In this document: piece by piece, positions 14,204 through 25,672 of the stretch | Numbering within the stretch: the stretch's first letter is position 1 | Layout: each line of letters starts with the position of its first letter | Assembly (NCBI RefSeq): GCF_001677475.2 | Contig: NZ_CP015229.1 | Reading direction: 5' to 3' (one strand) | DNA from: Escherichia coli | GTDB taxonomy: Bacteria; Pseudomonadota; Gammaproteobacteria; Enterobacterales; Enterobacteriaceae | DNA: 64,000 nt | Translations under genes and position numbers: made by a program | The notes under the pieces: model-generated | What the model was told of the DNA's origin: nothing | What the model saw: the letters and a program-made list of their open reading frames with translations, nothing else | The model's database searches: none

Positions 14204-15256
14204 TCACCCCCATTCCCGCATCCGCTGATGCAACGTCAACGACGGCTTCTCGGCAAACAGCTGCTGGTAATCCGTGGCAAATTGCCCCAGATGCCAGAAT
14301 CCCCACTGCATGGCGGCGTCTTTTACCGTTGTGCTTTGCGACCACGGGCTTATCAGTTCGCGGCGTACGGCATTCAGGCGAATGCGTTTCAGCCACGCGT
14401 TCGGGCCAATGCCTAAAATAGCGTGAAACGCGTTTTGTAGCGTGCGGCGACTGACATGCAGTTGATTACACAAATCCAGCACCGTCACCGGTTCGGACAT
14501 GTTTTCCAGCACATATTCACGGGCGCGGGAAAGTAATCTACGGTAACTCTGATGACTGATGCTTTCCGCCGTCACCATTGGTTGCGCTTCTTCCAGCATC
14601 GCCCCCATCGCCATTAGCAAATTATCCCCCAGCACTTTTCGCACTGCAGGCTGATGGAGATTTTCCGGGTTCTCGCAAAACGTCGCCAGCGCCTGTTGGA
14701 CAAAGCCCCACAGCGCGGCTTTATGCTGCTCTTTCACTTCCAGCGCCGACTGGCTACGCAGCATATGTAATACCCGATCCGGATTATGCAAAAAGTTAGC
14801 CTGACGGGTGATGACATCTTCAGAAAGCACTACGCCCAGGATCGTGTAATCGTCCGGCGTACTTAATTCAAACTCAGTGCCACCGGGGCGCGTCGCTATT
14901 TCTGCGCTTCCCAGACATTGCGAACCGATAAATCCCTGCTCACCGCGCGTCGCCGGAATGCCAAACCAGAACGAGTTCGGCCAGACCAGGCACGACTGAC
15001 GCAGTGCCAGACCGGTGTATTCACGAAAAACCTGAATATCATCGAGTAGAATTTCCGTAAATTCACCATGAAACTTGCCCGGATGCAGCTGATCGTAAAT
15101 CTGCTGCCAGGCGGTAATCGTTAAAGCATGTTCATAGACATCCGTTGTCTGTCGTTGATGAACATTATCCACTTCGACCTTCGGCGTGAGCTTCAGGTTT
15201 TCGGGTAAGGGTTCATGATAAAGATGGTGCAAATTGGCTGTACGGGTCTTTTTCAT
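14204..15256 (-). CDS. eutR: AraC-family activator of the eut operon
   Basis: 350 aa with C-terminal AraC HTH; matches EutR; last gene of the eut operon. Confidence 0.94.
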   Translation of the reverse strand: MKKTRTANLHHLYHEPLPENLKLTPKVEVDNVHQRQTTDVYEHALTITAWQQIYDQLHPGKFHGEFTEILLDDIQVFREYTGLALRQSCLVWPNSFWFGIPATRGEQGFIGSQCLGSAEIATRPGGTEFELSTPDDYTILGVVLSEDVITRQANFLHNPDRVLHMLRSQSALEVKEQHKAALWGFVQQALATFCENPENLHQPAVRKVLGDNLLMAMGAMLEEAQPMVTAESISHQSYRRLLSRAREYVLENMSEPVTVLDLCNQLHVSRRTLQNAFHAILGIGPNAWLKRIRLNAVRRELISPWSQSTTVKDAAMQWGFWHLGQFATDYQQLFAEKPSLTLHQRMREWG

Positions 15257-15301
15257 GATGTTAATGCCAGGTGTTGTAGGACACCCGGCACCTCCGACAG
15301 G

Positions 15302-15802
15302 TTAATGGGGCTTGAGACGATAACGACTACTGCGTTTACGTAACGTCCCGGCAGAAAAGAGCTGTTCGAGCGCATTTCTGGCTTTTTCCAGCGGCCAGCC
15401 AAAGTGGGCAGCCACTTCTCCTGCCGTCATTCCCTGACGTACTGATGTTAACAGCGCCAACAACTCGTCAGCAGATTCCGCGACGATAACTGGCGCGTCG
15501 GGTTCCTTTACGGGTTGCTTCGGCTGGCGGTTAAAGCCAGTAACCAGCCACTGGGTGTCATCGTCTGGCCGACCGATCTCCTTACGGCTGATGACACGCC
15601 CGGTACGCATCGCGGCAGCACAACCTGCGTCCAGCGCAGCACGACACGCCGCCAGATCGCCTTCCACCACCAGCGTTAAGCGACCAGGGTCAAGCACTTC
15701 GTGACTGAGCAGACGAACGTTAGCTGCTTTGAGCATGGCATCCGCTGCATCTATCGCGGCGACCATGCCGTCCACTTCCAGCAATCCCAGTGCATTGATC
15801 AT
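15302..15802 (-). CDS. eutK: Microcompartment shell protein EutK
   Basis: BMC domain (MINALGLLEVDG...) plus C-terminal extension; 166 aa from the second Met. Confidence 0.9.
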   Translation of the reverse strand: MINALGLLEVDGMVAAIDAADAMLKAANVRLLSHEVLDPGRLTLVVEGDLAACRAALDAGCAAAMRTGRVISRKEIGRPDDDTQWLVTGFNRQPKQPVKEPDAPVIVAESADELLALLTSVRQGMTAGEVAAHFGWPLEKARNALEQLFSAGTLRKRSSRYRLKPH

Positions 15803-15814
15803 CGGCAACCTCCA

Positions 15815-16474
15815 TTACGCACGCTGGATTGGATTACGCGCGATTTCCAGCACTGCATCGGTAAAGGCGTTACAGGCCGCTTTACACGCTGCCTGGCTAC
15901 CGGTTAAAAATGCTGCCGAGTAGTTAGTTTCAGACGGTGGCGGGACATAGGTCACCAGCTGTACGTCGGCAGATTTCAGGGCTGCATCAATGCCGTAGGT
16001 CGCTTCCAGCGGCGGTGCCACCAGATACGCCATCGGATCGCCAAGCGTGATCCCGGCGGTTGATGAGAGATAAGAACCGGTACGCGAAACTACATGTGCC
16101 AGGAAGGCTGTATTTTCTGCGTCATTAGCCCACTGGAAAGCAGCGCCATTTTCAATATGCGCAACCATCGCATCCAGACCTGCACGCACTTCCGCCGGGT
16201 TTGGCCCACCAAGCATAATCAGCACTTCACCGGCAGTCGGTGACGGTCCGTGTGCAGCGCCCGCATACAGCGAGCGACCATACACCACTTCGACCATCGC
16301 CTGTTTGGTCGCTTCGTCAGCCGCAATGTAGGTTACGTCATCGGAGTCGGCAGAAATCAGCCCGAGGCTACGAATATGCGGCGGCAATTTCAGTTCACGC
16401 GCAAATTCGGCGTTAACGGAGGCAATCACCCGCATGGCGGTGACAGACGGTCGAATCAAATCTAAAGCTGGCAT
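15815..16474 (-). CDS. eutL: Microcompartment shell protein EutL (tandem BMC domains)
   Basis: 219 aa matching EutL. Confidence 0.94.
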   Translation of the reverse strand: MPALDLIRPSVTAMRVIASVNAEFARELKLPPHIRSLGLISADSDDVTYIAADEATKQAMVEVVYGRSLYAGAAHGPSPTAGEVLIMLGGPNPAEVRAGLDAMVAHIENGAAFQWANDAENTAFLAHVVSRTGSYLSSTAGITLGDPMAYLVAPPLEATYGIDAALKSADVQLVTYVPPPSETNYSAAFLTGSQAACKAACNAFTDAVLEIARNPIQRA

Positions 16475-16483
16475 GATGCCTCC

Positions 16484-17371
16484 TTATCGGGTCATGTTGA
16501 TGCCGGATGCTTTCTGCTCCAGCATACGTTTCGCCAAATCCACAATGACGGCTGCGGCTTCAACCGGCGGTGTGCCGCCCTGGTGAATGTTAGAGATACA
16601 GGTGCGATCGGCCTCAACGGTGGTCGCCATACGCGGCGAGTAAACGGCGTAGCAGGAGAGGCTTTCTGACTGCCCTAATCCCGGGCGTTCGCCCACCAGC
16701 AGGATCACCACTTTCGCGCCGAGGATCTCACCGATCTGATCTTCAATCTTCACGCGACCATAACGAACAAAGAATGGCGTACCGACTTTCAGCCCGGCCT
16801 GTTTCAGGCCCGCCATCAGCGGCGGCAGGATCTCTTCGTAGTTCACGGTGATCGCATCAGTTGACAGGCCATCAGAAATAACGACCTGCACGTCCGGATT
16901 GGCAACACACTGCGCTTTCAGCGCTTCAACAGCTTCTGCACTCAGGCGGCGGCCCATATCCGGGCGAGTCAGGTAGAGATTTTTGTCGCTAATTTCAGAG
17001 CGTACTTCCAGCAAGCCCTGCGCTTTCACCCACTCTTCCGGCACTTCTTTAAGTACGGTATCTTTCGAACGAGAGTGATCGGCCAGGAAACGCAGCAACG
17101 CCTGGGTACGCGGACGCGGACCGGCACGACCGGTACAAACGCGGGCCACGGTGCTGCGACGCAGTTCTGTTAACACATCCGCACGATGTGGGTTTTCAAC
17201 ACCAATCCACGCTTTTGCTTCCGCAGAACCTAAATCCAGCGCGCAGCTTTCCGAGGTCACCGATGCCGCACAGGTGGTGGTGGCGCACTTTGCTTCTGAC
17301 GGCTCGGGGGCCGTTTGTCCCATTGACGCCATCACGCTGCGTACAATTTCTTCAATCTGTTTTTGATCCAT
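16484..17371 (-). CDS. eutC: Ethanolamine ammonia-lyase small subunit
   Basis: 295 aa matching EutC. Confidence 0.95.
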   Translation of the reverse strand: MDQKQIEEIVRSVMASMGQTAPEPSEAKCATTTCAASVTSESCALDLGSAEAKAWIGVENPHRADVLTELRRSTVARVCTGRAGPRPRTQALLRFLADHSRSKDTVLKEVPEEWVKAQGLLEVRSEISDKNLYLTRPDMGRRLSAEAVEALKAQCVANPDVQVVISDGLSTDAITVNYEEILPPLMAGLKQAGLKVGTPFFVRYGRVKIEDQIGEILGAKVVILLVGERPGLGQSESLSCYAVYSPRMATTVEADRTCISNIHQGGTPPVEAAAVIVDLAKRMLEQKASGINMTR

Positions 17372-17391
17372 GATGTGTTATCTCCGCGTCA

Positions 17392-18753
17392 TCAGAAGAA
17401 CAGTGACGGATCGCCCGCCCGTTTGGTCAGGCGACCGTTTGCCATAATGCCCATGCTTTCCAGCCAGCGCTCAAACTCCGGTGACGGGCGCAGGTTGAGT
17501 AACTGACGCACAGTGGCAGTGTCGTGGAAGGCCGTGGTCTGGTAGTTGAGCATGATGTCATCGCCTAACGGCATCCCCATGATGTAGTTGCAGCCTGCGG
17601 TGGCGAGCAGGATCATCAGGTTTTCGTTGAGGTTCTGGTCAGCGTCAGCGTGGTTGGTGTAACAGCAGTCACAGCCCATAGAGATGCCGCTCAGCTTGCC
17701 CATAAAGTGATCTTCTAAGCCCGCACGGATAATCTGACGGTCATTGTAGAGATACTCCGGCCCAATAAAGCCGACCACGGTGTTGACGATAAACGGATCG
17801 TAATGACGCGCCAGCCCATAGTTACGTGCTTCCATCGTCACCTGGTCTGCGCCGAAGTTAGCGCCAGCGGATAGCGCTGAACCTTGTCCGGTTTCGAAGT
17901 AGAGGCAGTTTTCCCCGGCGATACGGTTGAACTCTGCACCCACTGCGCGCGCTTCGTCGAGCATCGCCAGTTCCACACCAAACTCTTTCAGCCCTTTTTC
18001 ACTGCCACAGATACTCTGGAAAATCAGCCCGCCTGGTGCGCCACGACGAATCGCTTCGATCTGGGTGGTGACGTGCGCCAGTACGCAGCCCTGAGTTGGG
18101 ATGTTGAATTTGTCGATCACGCTATAGATGGTGTCCAGCACGCGGCTTAAGTTTTCCACGTCGTCAGTTACCGGGTTGACGCCGATCACCGCATCGCCCA
18201 CCCCGAAGGAAAGCCCTTCGTAGATTTGCGCGGCGATACTTTGCACGTCGTCACGGGTGTCATTTGGCTGCAAACGGGCGCTGAAGGTGCCCGGAATACC
18301 GATGGTGGTATTGGCCTTTTTGATTACCGGCATTTTCTTCGCGCCGTAGATCAGGTCCGCGTTGGAGCAAATCTTCGCTACCGCCGCGACCACTTCCGAG
18401 GTCAGCCCTTTGCGGGTAAAGGCAATGTCGTCCACGCTGGTTTCATCGCTCAGCACATACTCACGCAGTTCGCTGATGCTCCAGTTTTTAATCTGGTTGT
18501 AGGCCGTTTCGTTAACGTCGTCCTGAATCAGCCGCGTCACGCAGTCATCTTCATAGGCAATCACCGGATTATTGCGGATGTCCGCTACGGTCATTTCCGA
18601 CAACACCTGCTTTGCCGCCACGCGCTCCTGTGAGCTTGCCGCTGCAACGCCTGCCAGCACATCCCCCGAACGCAGTTCGTTGGCTTTAGCCAGCACCTCT
18701 TTTACATCCTTAAACTGATATACATTGCCGAACAATGTGGTCTTTAGTTTCAT
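17392..18753 (-). CDS. eutB: Ethanolamine ammonia-lyase large subunit
   Basis: 453 aa matching EutB. Confidence 0.96.
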   Translation of the reverse strand: MKLKTTLFGNVYQFKDVKEVLAKANELRSGDVLAGVAAASSQERVAAKQVLSEMTVADIRNNPVIAYEDDCVTRLIQDDVNETAYNQIKNWSISELREYVLSDETSVDDIAFTRKGLTSEVVAAVAKICSNADLIYGAKKMPVIKKANTTIGIPGTFSARLQPNDTRDDVQSIAAQIYEGLSFGVGDAVIGVNPVTDDVENLSRVLDTIYSVIDKFNIPTQGCVLAHVTTQIEAIRRGAPGGLIFQSICGSEKGLKEFGVELAMLDEARAVGAEFNRIAGENCLYFETGQGSALSAGANFGADQVTMEARNYGLARHYDPFIVNTVVGFIGPEYLYNDRQIIRAGLEDHFMGKLSGISMGCDCCYTNHADADQNLNENLMILLATAGCNYIMGMPLGDDIMLNYQTTAFHDTATVRQLLNLRPSPEFERWLESMGIMANGRLTKRAGDPSLFF

Positions 18754-18764
18754 AAGTCGTTCCC

Positions 18765-20168
18765 TCAGGAAGGAAATGCGAGTGATTTCACCGTCACCGG
18801 CACAACCGATCCGCCAAAAAGAGGCGTACCAATGTCGATATAGTCCCCCGCGCGGACAATCACTTCGTCAATGACTGCCAACGGGAGTTGTTGTAGCTGT
18901 GGGCGCAATAACATGCCCAGAGCTTTACCAAAGTCCTGCCCGGCCACCACCAGCAGGGGATGCGGATTCGGAAAACGCGCGACGAAATCGACCAGCGCGT
19001 TGATGACCGTCAGTACCGCGGCGTAACGCACAGGCAGCGAGGCGGGAAGCGCCAGCACGTACGCGTCAGTTTTGGGATCAAGATCCAGCTGAATCAGCGC
19101 CTGTTGCCAGGCACTCACCAGATCCGTTTCATCAATCGGGATCGCCACCGGCAAATTGCGCAGCGGCAGTTGTACGCCCTCCAGCCAGATTGTGCTGCCA
19201 GAGAGCGAAAGGGTATGTGCACCCGCGCCAATCACCGTGGCGCGTACGGTTTGCGCCGGAAACTGCACATTCATCTCACGCAGGCGCGGATGGTCATGCA
19301 GCGCCGTTGCCAGAAGTGGGCCAATATCGGCAAAACAGAACGGGTCGGCGGGCTGGTGGCGATAACATTCGCCCACGCCGCCAGAAAGCGTAATGATTTC
19401 GGGCGTAACACCTGTGGGCAGCAAACCGGTTTGCATCAATGCCTGCGCGAGCGGCGAGAGCGTTCCGTCAATCACTTCGACAATCAGTTCTGCCATCCGC
19501 CGGGTAACCTGCACCAGCTGCGCGCCGGTCAGCGAACGGACGTCAGTGCCTGCACCGAAGCACTCATCCACAATCATCTGCCCCGGTTTATGAGCGTAAA
19601 CCACGCGCCCCTGGCTGTCGGTTTCCAGCAGGCGACCACCGACGTTGAGGCAGGCAGTGCCGCTGATTTTTCCGGCATCGAACAGGGCGTAGTTCGCGGT
19701 GCCACCGCCGATGTCGATATTCAGTACCCGACACAGCCGTTGTTCAGAAAGGGTTTGCGCCCCGGCACCGTGACCAGCGATTACGGATTCGAGGTGCGGC
19801 CCGGCGCTGGCGACGACAAAATCGCCCAGCGACTGAGAGAGCGCCATCACCGCCAGGCGAGCATTGCGGGTTTTCGCGCTTTCACCGGTGATGATGATGG
19901 CACCAGAATCAACGCTTTCCGGCGCAATTCCCGCTGCCTGATATTGCTCTAAAATCAGCGATTTCAGTTCCGCTTCTTTTAAACCACCCTGTTTATCGAC
20001 AGGGGTAAAGAACACCGGGCTTTGCCAGCTAATTTCGCGTTTGATGAATTCGTAGCGCGGCACCTGCGACACCGCCGCACGGTTAACCAGCTCCAGGTGG
20101 GAGAAAATCACCTGGGTGGTGGTGGTGCCGATATCGATACCGACGCTCAGTAGCTGGCGAGTGTTCAC
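18765..20168 (-). CDS. eutA: Ethanolamine ammonia-lyase reactivating factor
   Basis: 467 aa matching EutA; ends 11 bp upstream of the eutB start. Confidence 0.95.
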   Translation of the reverse strand: MNTRQLLSVGIDIGTTTTQVIFSHLELVNRAAVSQVPRYEFIKREISWQSPVFFTPVDKQGGLKEAELKSLILEQYQAAGIAPESVDSGAIIITGESAKTRNARLAVMALSQSLGDFVVASAGPHLESVIAGHGAGAQTLSEQRLCRVLNIDIGGGTANYALFDAGKISGTACLNVGGRLLETDSQGRVVYAHKPGQMIVDECFGAGTDVRSLTGAQLVQVTRRMAELIVEVIDGTLSPLAQALMQTGLLPTGVTPEIITLSGGVGECYRHQPADPFCFADIGPLLATALHDHPRLREMNVQFPAQTVRATVIGAGAHTLSLSGSTIWLEGVQLPLRNLPVAIPIDETDLVSAWQQALIQLDLDPKTDAYVLALPASLPVRYAAVLTVINALVDFVARFPNPHPLLVVAGQDFGKALGMLLRPQLQQLPLAVIDEVIVRAGDYIDIGTPLFGGSVVPVTVKSLAFPS

Positions 20169-21391
20169 GATTGTGCCTCCGCTTCGGTTTTAGCCGTTGC
20201 CGCGTCTTCTTTTGGCACCAGCATCATCGCCACGCCAATCGCCGTGACGCCGCCGATAAGCTTGCCGACAATCATCGGGAAGATCATGGCGTTCATGTTG
20301 GCAGCGGCGAAGCCTAAGTGGTCGCCCAGGGCGAAAGCAGCGGAAACGGCGAAGGCGCAGTTGATGACTTTGCCGCGGGTATCCATCTGCTTCATCATGC
20401 CAAACATCGGGATGTTGTTGGCAAGCGTTGCCACCATGCCGGCTGCCGCGATGTTGTTCATATTCAGCACTTTACCGACGCTCATCAGCGGTTTTTCAAA
20501 CCAGCGGGTCAGCAGCAGCACCATCGGATACGCCCCTAACAGAACGCAGGAGATAGAACCGATAACTTCAATGGCGCGCATCACCTCACCGGGTTTATCG
20601 CCAGGGGCCATAAAGATAGGATCCAGACCGGGGATCAGTTCCCAGCCAAGCAGGAATTTCACTACCGCAGCGGCAAGACCGAGGGTGATCAATGCAACGA
20701 GGAATTTGGCAAAGATCTGGAAGCCGTTGATCATTTTTTCCGGGATGAATTTCAGCCCCAGCGCCACCAGAATCGCGACAATGATCACCGGGATCATGTT
20801 CATCAGGATCAGGGCGAAAGTGAAATCCACCGGCTGACCGTTGATCTGTACACCGGAGTACATCGCTACCAGACCACCAGCGATACAACCAATCGGAATG
20901 GTCACAATGCCCGCCAGCACGCCGAGCGCCAGATAACGACGGTCAGAAGGTTCGATAATGCCGAGCGCCACCGGAATGGAAAACACAATCGTTGGCCCCA
21001 TCATCGACCCGAGAATTAACCCAGAGTATAGCCACGCGGCTACGTCGCCGCCCGCCAGCTCTTTGGCGAGGAAGAAGCCGCCCATATCGCACGCCAGCAG
21101 TGTTCCGGCGAACATCGATGGGTTAGCGCCGAGCATTTCGTAAACCGGAATAATTACCGGCCCGAGTACGTGGGCCAGTACCGGTGCCAGCGCGGTCATA
21201 CCGACCATCGCCAGGCCCAGTGCGCCCATTGCCATAAAGCCTTCTTCGAACTGACCGCCTGATCCTTCGATACTTTTACCGAACTTACCGAGGAAACGAG
21301 CAGAACCGCCGAACTGCGACAGGATCCTGTCTACGGCAGCTATCAGCATAAAGAACATCATGATGTACATGATGATTTCGTTAATTCCCAT
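20165..21391 (-). CDS. eutH: Ethanolamine permease
   Basis: 408-aa polytopic membrane protein matching EutH; 4-nt overlap with eutA. Confidence 0.94.
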   Translation of the reverse strand: MGINEIIMYIMMFFMLIAAVDRILSQFGGSARFLGKFGKSIEGSGGQFEEGFMAMGALGLAMVGMTALAPVLAHVLGPVIIPVYEMLGANPSMFAGTLLACDMGGFFLAKELAGGDVAAWLYSGLILGSMMGPTIVFSIPVALGIIEPSDRRYLALGVLAGIVTIPIGCIAGGLVAMYSGVQINGQPVDFTFALILMNMIPVIIVAILVALGLKFIPEKMINGFQIFAKFLVALITLGLAAAVVKFLLGWELIPGLDPIFMAPGDKPGEVMRAIEVIGSISCVLLGAYPMVLLLTRWFEKPLMSVGKVLNMNNIAAAGMVATLANNIPMFGMMKQMDTRGKVINCAFAVSAAFALGDHLGFAAANMNAMIFPMIVGKLIGGVTAIGVAMMLVPKEDAATAKTEAEAQS

Positions 21392-21421
21392 CGCCTTTAC
21401 TCCCTGTTAGTTGTTATTTAT

Positions 21422-21506
<85 letters not shown>

Positions 21507-21507
21507 T

Positions 21508-22695
21508 TTATTGCGCCGCTGCGTACAGACCGACAATCTGTTCCAGGCTGGCGGTACGCGGGTTGCTGCGCAGACAAATATCTTCCTGCGCGGCCTGCGC
21601 CCATGCGCCGTAATGTCCGGTGGTTGCACCCACGTCTGCCAGCCGCTTGTTGATCCCGACTTCCGCAATCAGCTCACTTACCGCGTTAATAGCGTCACGA
21701 TCGTCGGATTTTTTAGTTCGCAGCGCCCGACCAATCTGACTAAACCGATCACGACAAACCATCCGGTTAAATTCCATCACCGTTGGCAGCAACATGGCGT
21801 TCGCCAGACCGTGTGGAATATGCAGCGCCGCCCCTGGCTGATGCGCCATCGCGTGGCACAACCCAAGTCCGGCACTGGAAAACGCCATTCCCGCCATACA
21901 TGAAGCCAGCAACATGCTCTCGCGCGCGGCAAGGTCATGACCGTAGCCCACCGCTTTCGGCAGTGATTTGCCAATCATCGCAATGGCACCAATCGCCAGA
22001 CTGTCGGTAAACGGTGTGGCGTTCAGCGCGCTGTACGCTTCAATGGCATGGGTTAACGCATCAATGCCAGTCATCGCCGTGACATGCGACGGCACACCTT
22101 CGGTCAATGCGGCGTCGAGGATCGCCACATCCGGCATCAGCGAGGCATGGGCTAACACCTGCTTGCGCCCGCTCACCGCGTCAATAATCACCGTTACGTT
22201 GGTGGTTTCAGAGCCGGTTCCGGCGGTCGTTGGAATGGCAATCAGCGGCAAGCGCGGTTGCAGAACGCTGGTTTCTGACATCTCTGCCAGCGTGCTATCC
22301 GGGTTCGTCACCAGCAACGCCACGGCTTTTGCTGCATCCAGCACCGAGCCGCCGCCAAACGCGATCAACCCATCACAGCCTGATTCACGCAACTGCGCCA
22401 CGGCTGCACACACGTCGGTGATGCACGGTTCGCCCACCGGACATGGCCAGAGCGTCATGGCGATACCTTTAACGGCCAGGCTGCGCGTCAGCCCGGCGGT
22501 CATCCCTGCCTGATGCAAAAAGCTGTCTGCCATCACGAACAGATGTTTCAGCCCACGCGTTTGCGCTTGCTGCCCGCAACTGCTCACCGCGCCCGGACCG
22601 CAAAGCGTCACCGGTGGAACGCTAAATGTTTTTACCCGTTGCAGATTCAGGGTATCGAACGCCTGAAAGAGCGCGGTCTGCAATTCATTTTGCAT
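21508..22695 (-). CDS. eutG: Iron-containing alcohol dehydrogenase
   Basis: 395 aa matching EutG. Confidence 0.94.
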   Translation of the reverse strand: MQNELQTALFQAFDTLNLQRVKTFSVPPVTLCGPGAVSSCGQQAQTRGLKHLFVMADSFLHQAGMTAGLTRSLAVKGIAMTLWPCPVGEPCITDVCAAVAQLRESGCDGLIAFGGGSVLDAAKAVALLVTNPDSTLAEMSETSVLQPRLPLIAIPTTAGTGSETTNVTVIIDAVSGRKQVLAHASLMPDVAILDAALTEGVPSHVTAMTGIDALTHAIEAYSALNATPFTDSLAIGAIAMIGKSLPKAVGYGHDLAARESMLLASCMAGMAFSSAGLGLCHAMAHQPGAALHIPHGLANAMLLPTVMEFNRMVCRDRFSQIGRALRTKKSDDRDAINAVSELIAEVGINKRLADVGATTGHYGAWAQAAQEDICLRSNPRTASLEQIVGLYAAAQ

Positions 22696-23521
22696 ATAGC
22701 CCCTCCGCTTTTTCTCGCCCGCTACTGGCGATCGCCAGCGGGGTCATAAACAAACTGTGCTGCGGTAAATGCACCTGTAACGCCGGGAATTGTTTGCGAA
22801 ACAGTTCCGCCACGCCCGGTTGCATACAAGAGCCGCCCGCCAGCCATAAATCAGTAATGCCCTGCCCTTCAATATGCCGGGCAACAATGTCCGCCATTTT
22901 TTCGTACACCGGTTTCACCGCGGGCCAAATCTCTTCACCGTGACCGCGCTTGTACTGCTCTGCCTCTTCCAGCGAAATACGACGATTTCCGGCGAGAGTC
23001 AGAGAGATGTGATGTCCGCCAGTGGCTTCATCCGCCGAGTACGTCACCTTGCCCTTTTTCACGATGGCAATGCCGGTAGTGCCACCGCCGATATCCACTA
23101 CGCCTGCGTTATCCAGTTGCAGCAGATCCGCGACTGCGGTTGGCTCATCCAGCACATGGCTCACTTCCAGTCCGGCAGACTCCAGCACGTTGATGGAAAT
23201 ACGCGGGTCCGTACCTGGAGGAAAAGAGGTCGCCGCATGGCTAAAACGGCGACCGAATTGCTGCTCGAGGGTGTCGAGATGGCGACGAACAATGGTGACC
23301 GCACCGAAGAAATCCCAGACGATGCCGTCGCGGACCACATCAGCCCAGTCGAGGCATACCGCCACCGGCTGACCGTCGCGGTCAACAACCATCGACACCA
23401 CATCGCAGGTGCCCAGATCCACCCCCAGCCACAGCGGAGATTCCGTCGCGGCAGGCGTCTGGTTACACAGCGTTGCCGCTATGTGCAGACGTGGGGTGAG
23501 CCATTGTTCGTCGTGCGCCAT
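22685..23521 (-). CDS. eutJ: DnaK/actin-fold chaperone-like protein
   Basis: 278 aa matching EutJ; 11-nt overlap with eutG. Confidence 0.93.
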   Translation of the reverse strand: MAHDEQWLTPRLHIAATLCNQTPAATESPLWLGVDLGTCDVVSMVVDRDGQPVAVCLDWADVVRDGIVWDFFGAVTIVRRHLDTLEQQFGRRFSHAATSFPPGTDPRISINVLESAGLEVSHVLDEPTAVADLLQLDNAGVVDIGGGTTGIAIVKKGKVTYSADEATGGHHISLTLAGNRRISLEEAEQYKRGHGEEIWPAVKPVYEKMADIVARHIEGQGITDLWLAGGSCMQPGVAELFRKQFPALQVHLPQHSLFMTPLAIASSGREKAEGLYAK

Positions 23522-23531
23522 CTGTTACTCC

Positions 23532-24935
23532 TTAAACAATGCGAAACGCATCGACTAATACACAGCGACGCAGACGGACAAACGTCCGCGCGCTGGTTAC
23601 CCCTTCACCGGTTGGCGTGGTGATGGTCATGGTGGTCCAGCCTTCCCCGCCCAGCCCCAGCCCGGCAATACACGGTCCGTTCTTAACGAAAATGCTGGTA
23701 TCAATGGCATTCGCCATCTGGTTCATGTTCTCGATATTGCGCGAGTGCATTGCCGCCGTGTGGTGGCAACCGCCTTCCAGTTTCACCGCCAGCGCAATGG
23801 CATCCGCCACGTTGGCGACGCGCACGACGGGCAGCACCGGCATCATCAGTTCAGTCACAGCAAACGGATGTTCTGCGGTGGTTTCTACAAACAGCAGTCG
23901 CGTTTGTTCCGGAACTTTAAGGCCGATTGCCGCCGCGATTTTCGCCGCATCGCGACCAACCCAGTCACGGCTGACGGTGCCTTTTCCGCGCTCGTCGATA
24001 TTTTTCAGCAACACCGGTTGCAGCTGCTGCGCCTGCTCTGCGGTCAGTTTCACCGCGTGCTGGCCTTCCATCAGACGCATCAGTTCATCGGCTACGCTAT
24101 CCACAACAATCAGTACCTTTTCGTCGGCACAAATGATGTTGTTATCGAAAGACGCGCCTTTGACGATGGACTGAGCAGCACGGGCGAGGTCAGCGGTTTC
24201 ATCCACCACTACCGGCGGGTTGCCAGCGCCTGCGGCAATCAGACGTTTATTGGTGTGTTTACGCGCCGCTTCTACTACCGCTTCGCCGCCGGTCACCACC
24301 AGAAGGCCGATGCCCGGAAACTTGAACAAACGTTGCGCGGTTTCGATATCCGGATTGGCCACGGTCACCAGTAAGTTTTCCGGCCCGCCTGCAGCAACAA
24401 TTGCCCGGTTGAGCAGCGTAATCGCTCGCTGAGAGACTTTTTTCGCCGCCGGATGCGGGGCAAAAATGACGCTGTTGCCCGCAGCAATCAGGCTGATGGC
24501 GTTATTAATAACGGTCGCCGCCGGGTTAGTGGACGGCGTTACCGAAGCCACCACGCCCCAGGGCGCGTTTTCAATTAGGGTCAGGCCGTTGTCGCCGGTC
24601 AGCACCTGCGGAGAGAGGCACTCAACGCCTGGTGTGCCGCGCGCCTGAGCGACGTTTTTGGCAAATTTATCTTCGACGCGCCCCATGCCGGTTTCACTGA
24701 CGGCAAGTTCCGCTAAATCTCTGGCGTGTTTTTCGCCTGCTTCACGAATGGCAACAATGGCTAACTGGCGCATTGCCACGCTCTTTAACCCTTGCTGGGC
24801 AATTTTGGCTGCCGCAACGGCGTCATCCAGGGACGCGAAAACGCCCATCTCATGAACGGCGGCGGGCGGCGTATCACTGCTTTGCATTTTCAGCAGTACC
24901 GCTTTCACCACCTGTTCAATATCCTGTTGATTCAT
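23532..24935 (-). CDS. eutE: CoA-acylating acetaldehyde dehydrogenase
   Basis: 467 aa aldehyde dehydrogenase-family protein matching EutE. Confidence 0.95.
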   Translation of the reverse strand: MNQQDIEQVVKAVLLKMQSSDTPPAAVHEMGVFASLDDAVAAAKIAQQGLKSVAMRQLAIVAIREAGEKHARDLAELAVSETGMGRVEDKFAKNVAQARGTPGVECLSPQVLTGDNGLTLIENAPWGVVASVTPSTNPAATVINNAISLIAAGNSVIFAPHPAAKKVSQRAITLLNRAIVAAGGPENLLVTVANPDIETAQRLFKFPGIGLLVVTGGEAVVEAARKHTNKRLIAAGAGNPPVVVDETADLARAAQSIVKGASFDNNIICADEKVLIVVDSVADELMRLMEGQHAVKLTAEQAQQLQPVLLKNIDERGKGTVSRDWVGRDAAKIAAAIGLKVPEQTRLLFVETTAEHPFAVTELMMPVLPVVRVANVADAIALAVKLEGGCHHTAAMHSRNIENMNQMANAIDTSIFVKNGPCIAGLGLGGEGWTTMTITTPTGEGVTSARTFVRLRRCVLVDAFRIV

Positions 24936-24946
24936 GATGTTCTGCC

Positions 24947-25234
24947 TTATTTGTGGAAAATTACCTGACCGCCAGACACCACCTCATCGACGATGCCAAT
25001 CACGCACAGATCGACCGGTGACGTTTCGCTTTTATGCGCCTGGCGGGCGGAACTGCCACTCACCAGCAACACCCACTCCCCGGTTCCCGCGCCAATATTG
25101 TCGATGGCGACGGCACATTGCCCGTCAGGATTACCTTGTGGATCAATCATTTCCACCATCAGCAATTTGTCATGCGCCAGTCCGTGATGGCGTACGGTAC
25201 AAACAATTTGTCCAGTGACGACTGCCAGTTTCAT
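24947..25234 (-). CDS. eutN: Microcompartment vertex protein (EutN/CcmL family)
   Basis: 95 aa matching EutN. Confidence 0.93.
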   Translation of the reverse strand: MKLAVVTGQIVCTVRHHGLAHDKLLMVEMIDPQGNPDGQCAVAIDNIGAGTGEWVLLVSGSSARQAHKSETSPVDLCVIGIVDEVVSGGQVIFHK

Positions 25235-25340
25235 ACCCGCCTCCGTGGCGTATTTCAGGTAAAAGCTCCCCCTACCCTCCGCGGAAGGTAAAATGAAAAA
25301 TGAGAGAGCGTGACGCCCGAATCGACGTCACACAGGGTGA

Positions 25341-25634
25341 TTACAGGTTGCTGCTATCGCCTTTCAGGCCGATCGGGAAAACTTCTTCCAGGTCGCCGTG
25401 CGGGCGCGGGATAACATGTACAGATACCAGCTCGCCGATACGCTGTGCCGCTGCGGCACCGGCATCGGTCGCCGCTTTACAGGCTGCAACATCACCACGA
25501 ACCATAGCAGTACACAGGCCGCCGCCAATCTGCTTAACACCAACCAGTTTGACGCGCGCAGCTTTCACCATCGCGTCAGAAGCCTCAATCAGTGCAACCA
25601 GGCCCCGGGTTTCGATCATTCCTAATGCTTCCAT
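25341..25634 (-). CDS. eutM: Major microcompartment shell protein (BMC domain)
   Basis: 97 aa from [26 protein letters not shown]; canonical BMC hexamer sequence. Confidence 0.93.
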   Translation of the reverse strand: MEALGMIETRGLVALIEASDAMVKAARVKLVGVKQIGGGLCTAMVRGDVAACKAATDAGAAAAQRIGELVSVHVIPRPHGDLEEVFPIGLKGDSSNL

Positions 25635-25672
25635 TGTGCTTTCCTCTTTATCAGGGTCCAGAACGGGACCGT

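Noticed and set aside
18960-19952. 330-aa ORF antisense to eutA, with similar antisense ORFs at 29554-30468 (maeB), 4006-4734 (cysP), 33038-33775 (tktB) and 22874-23623 (eutJ)
   Set aside because: All lie antisense to confidently identified genes, show no recognisable motifs, and have arginine-rich compositions characteristic of non-coding antisense frames.
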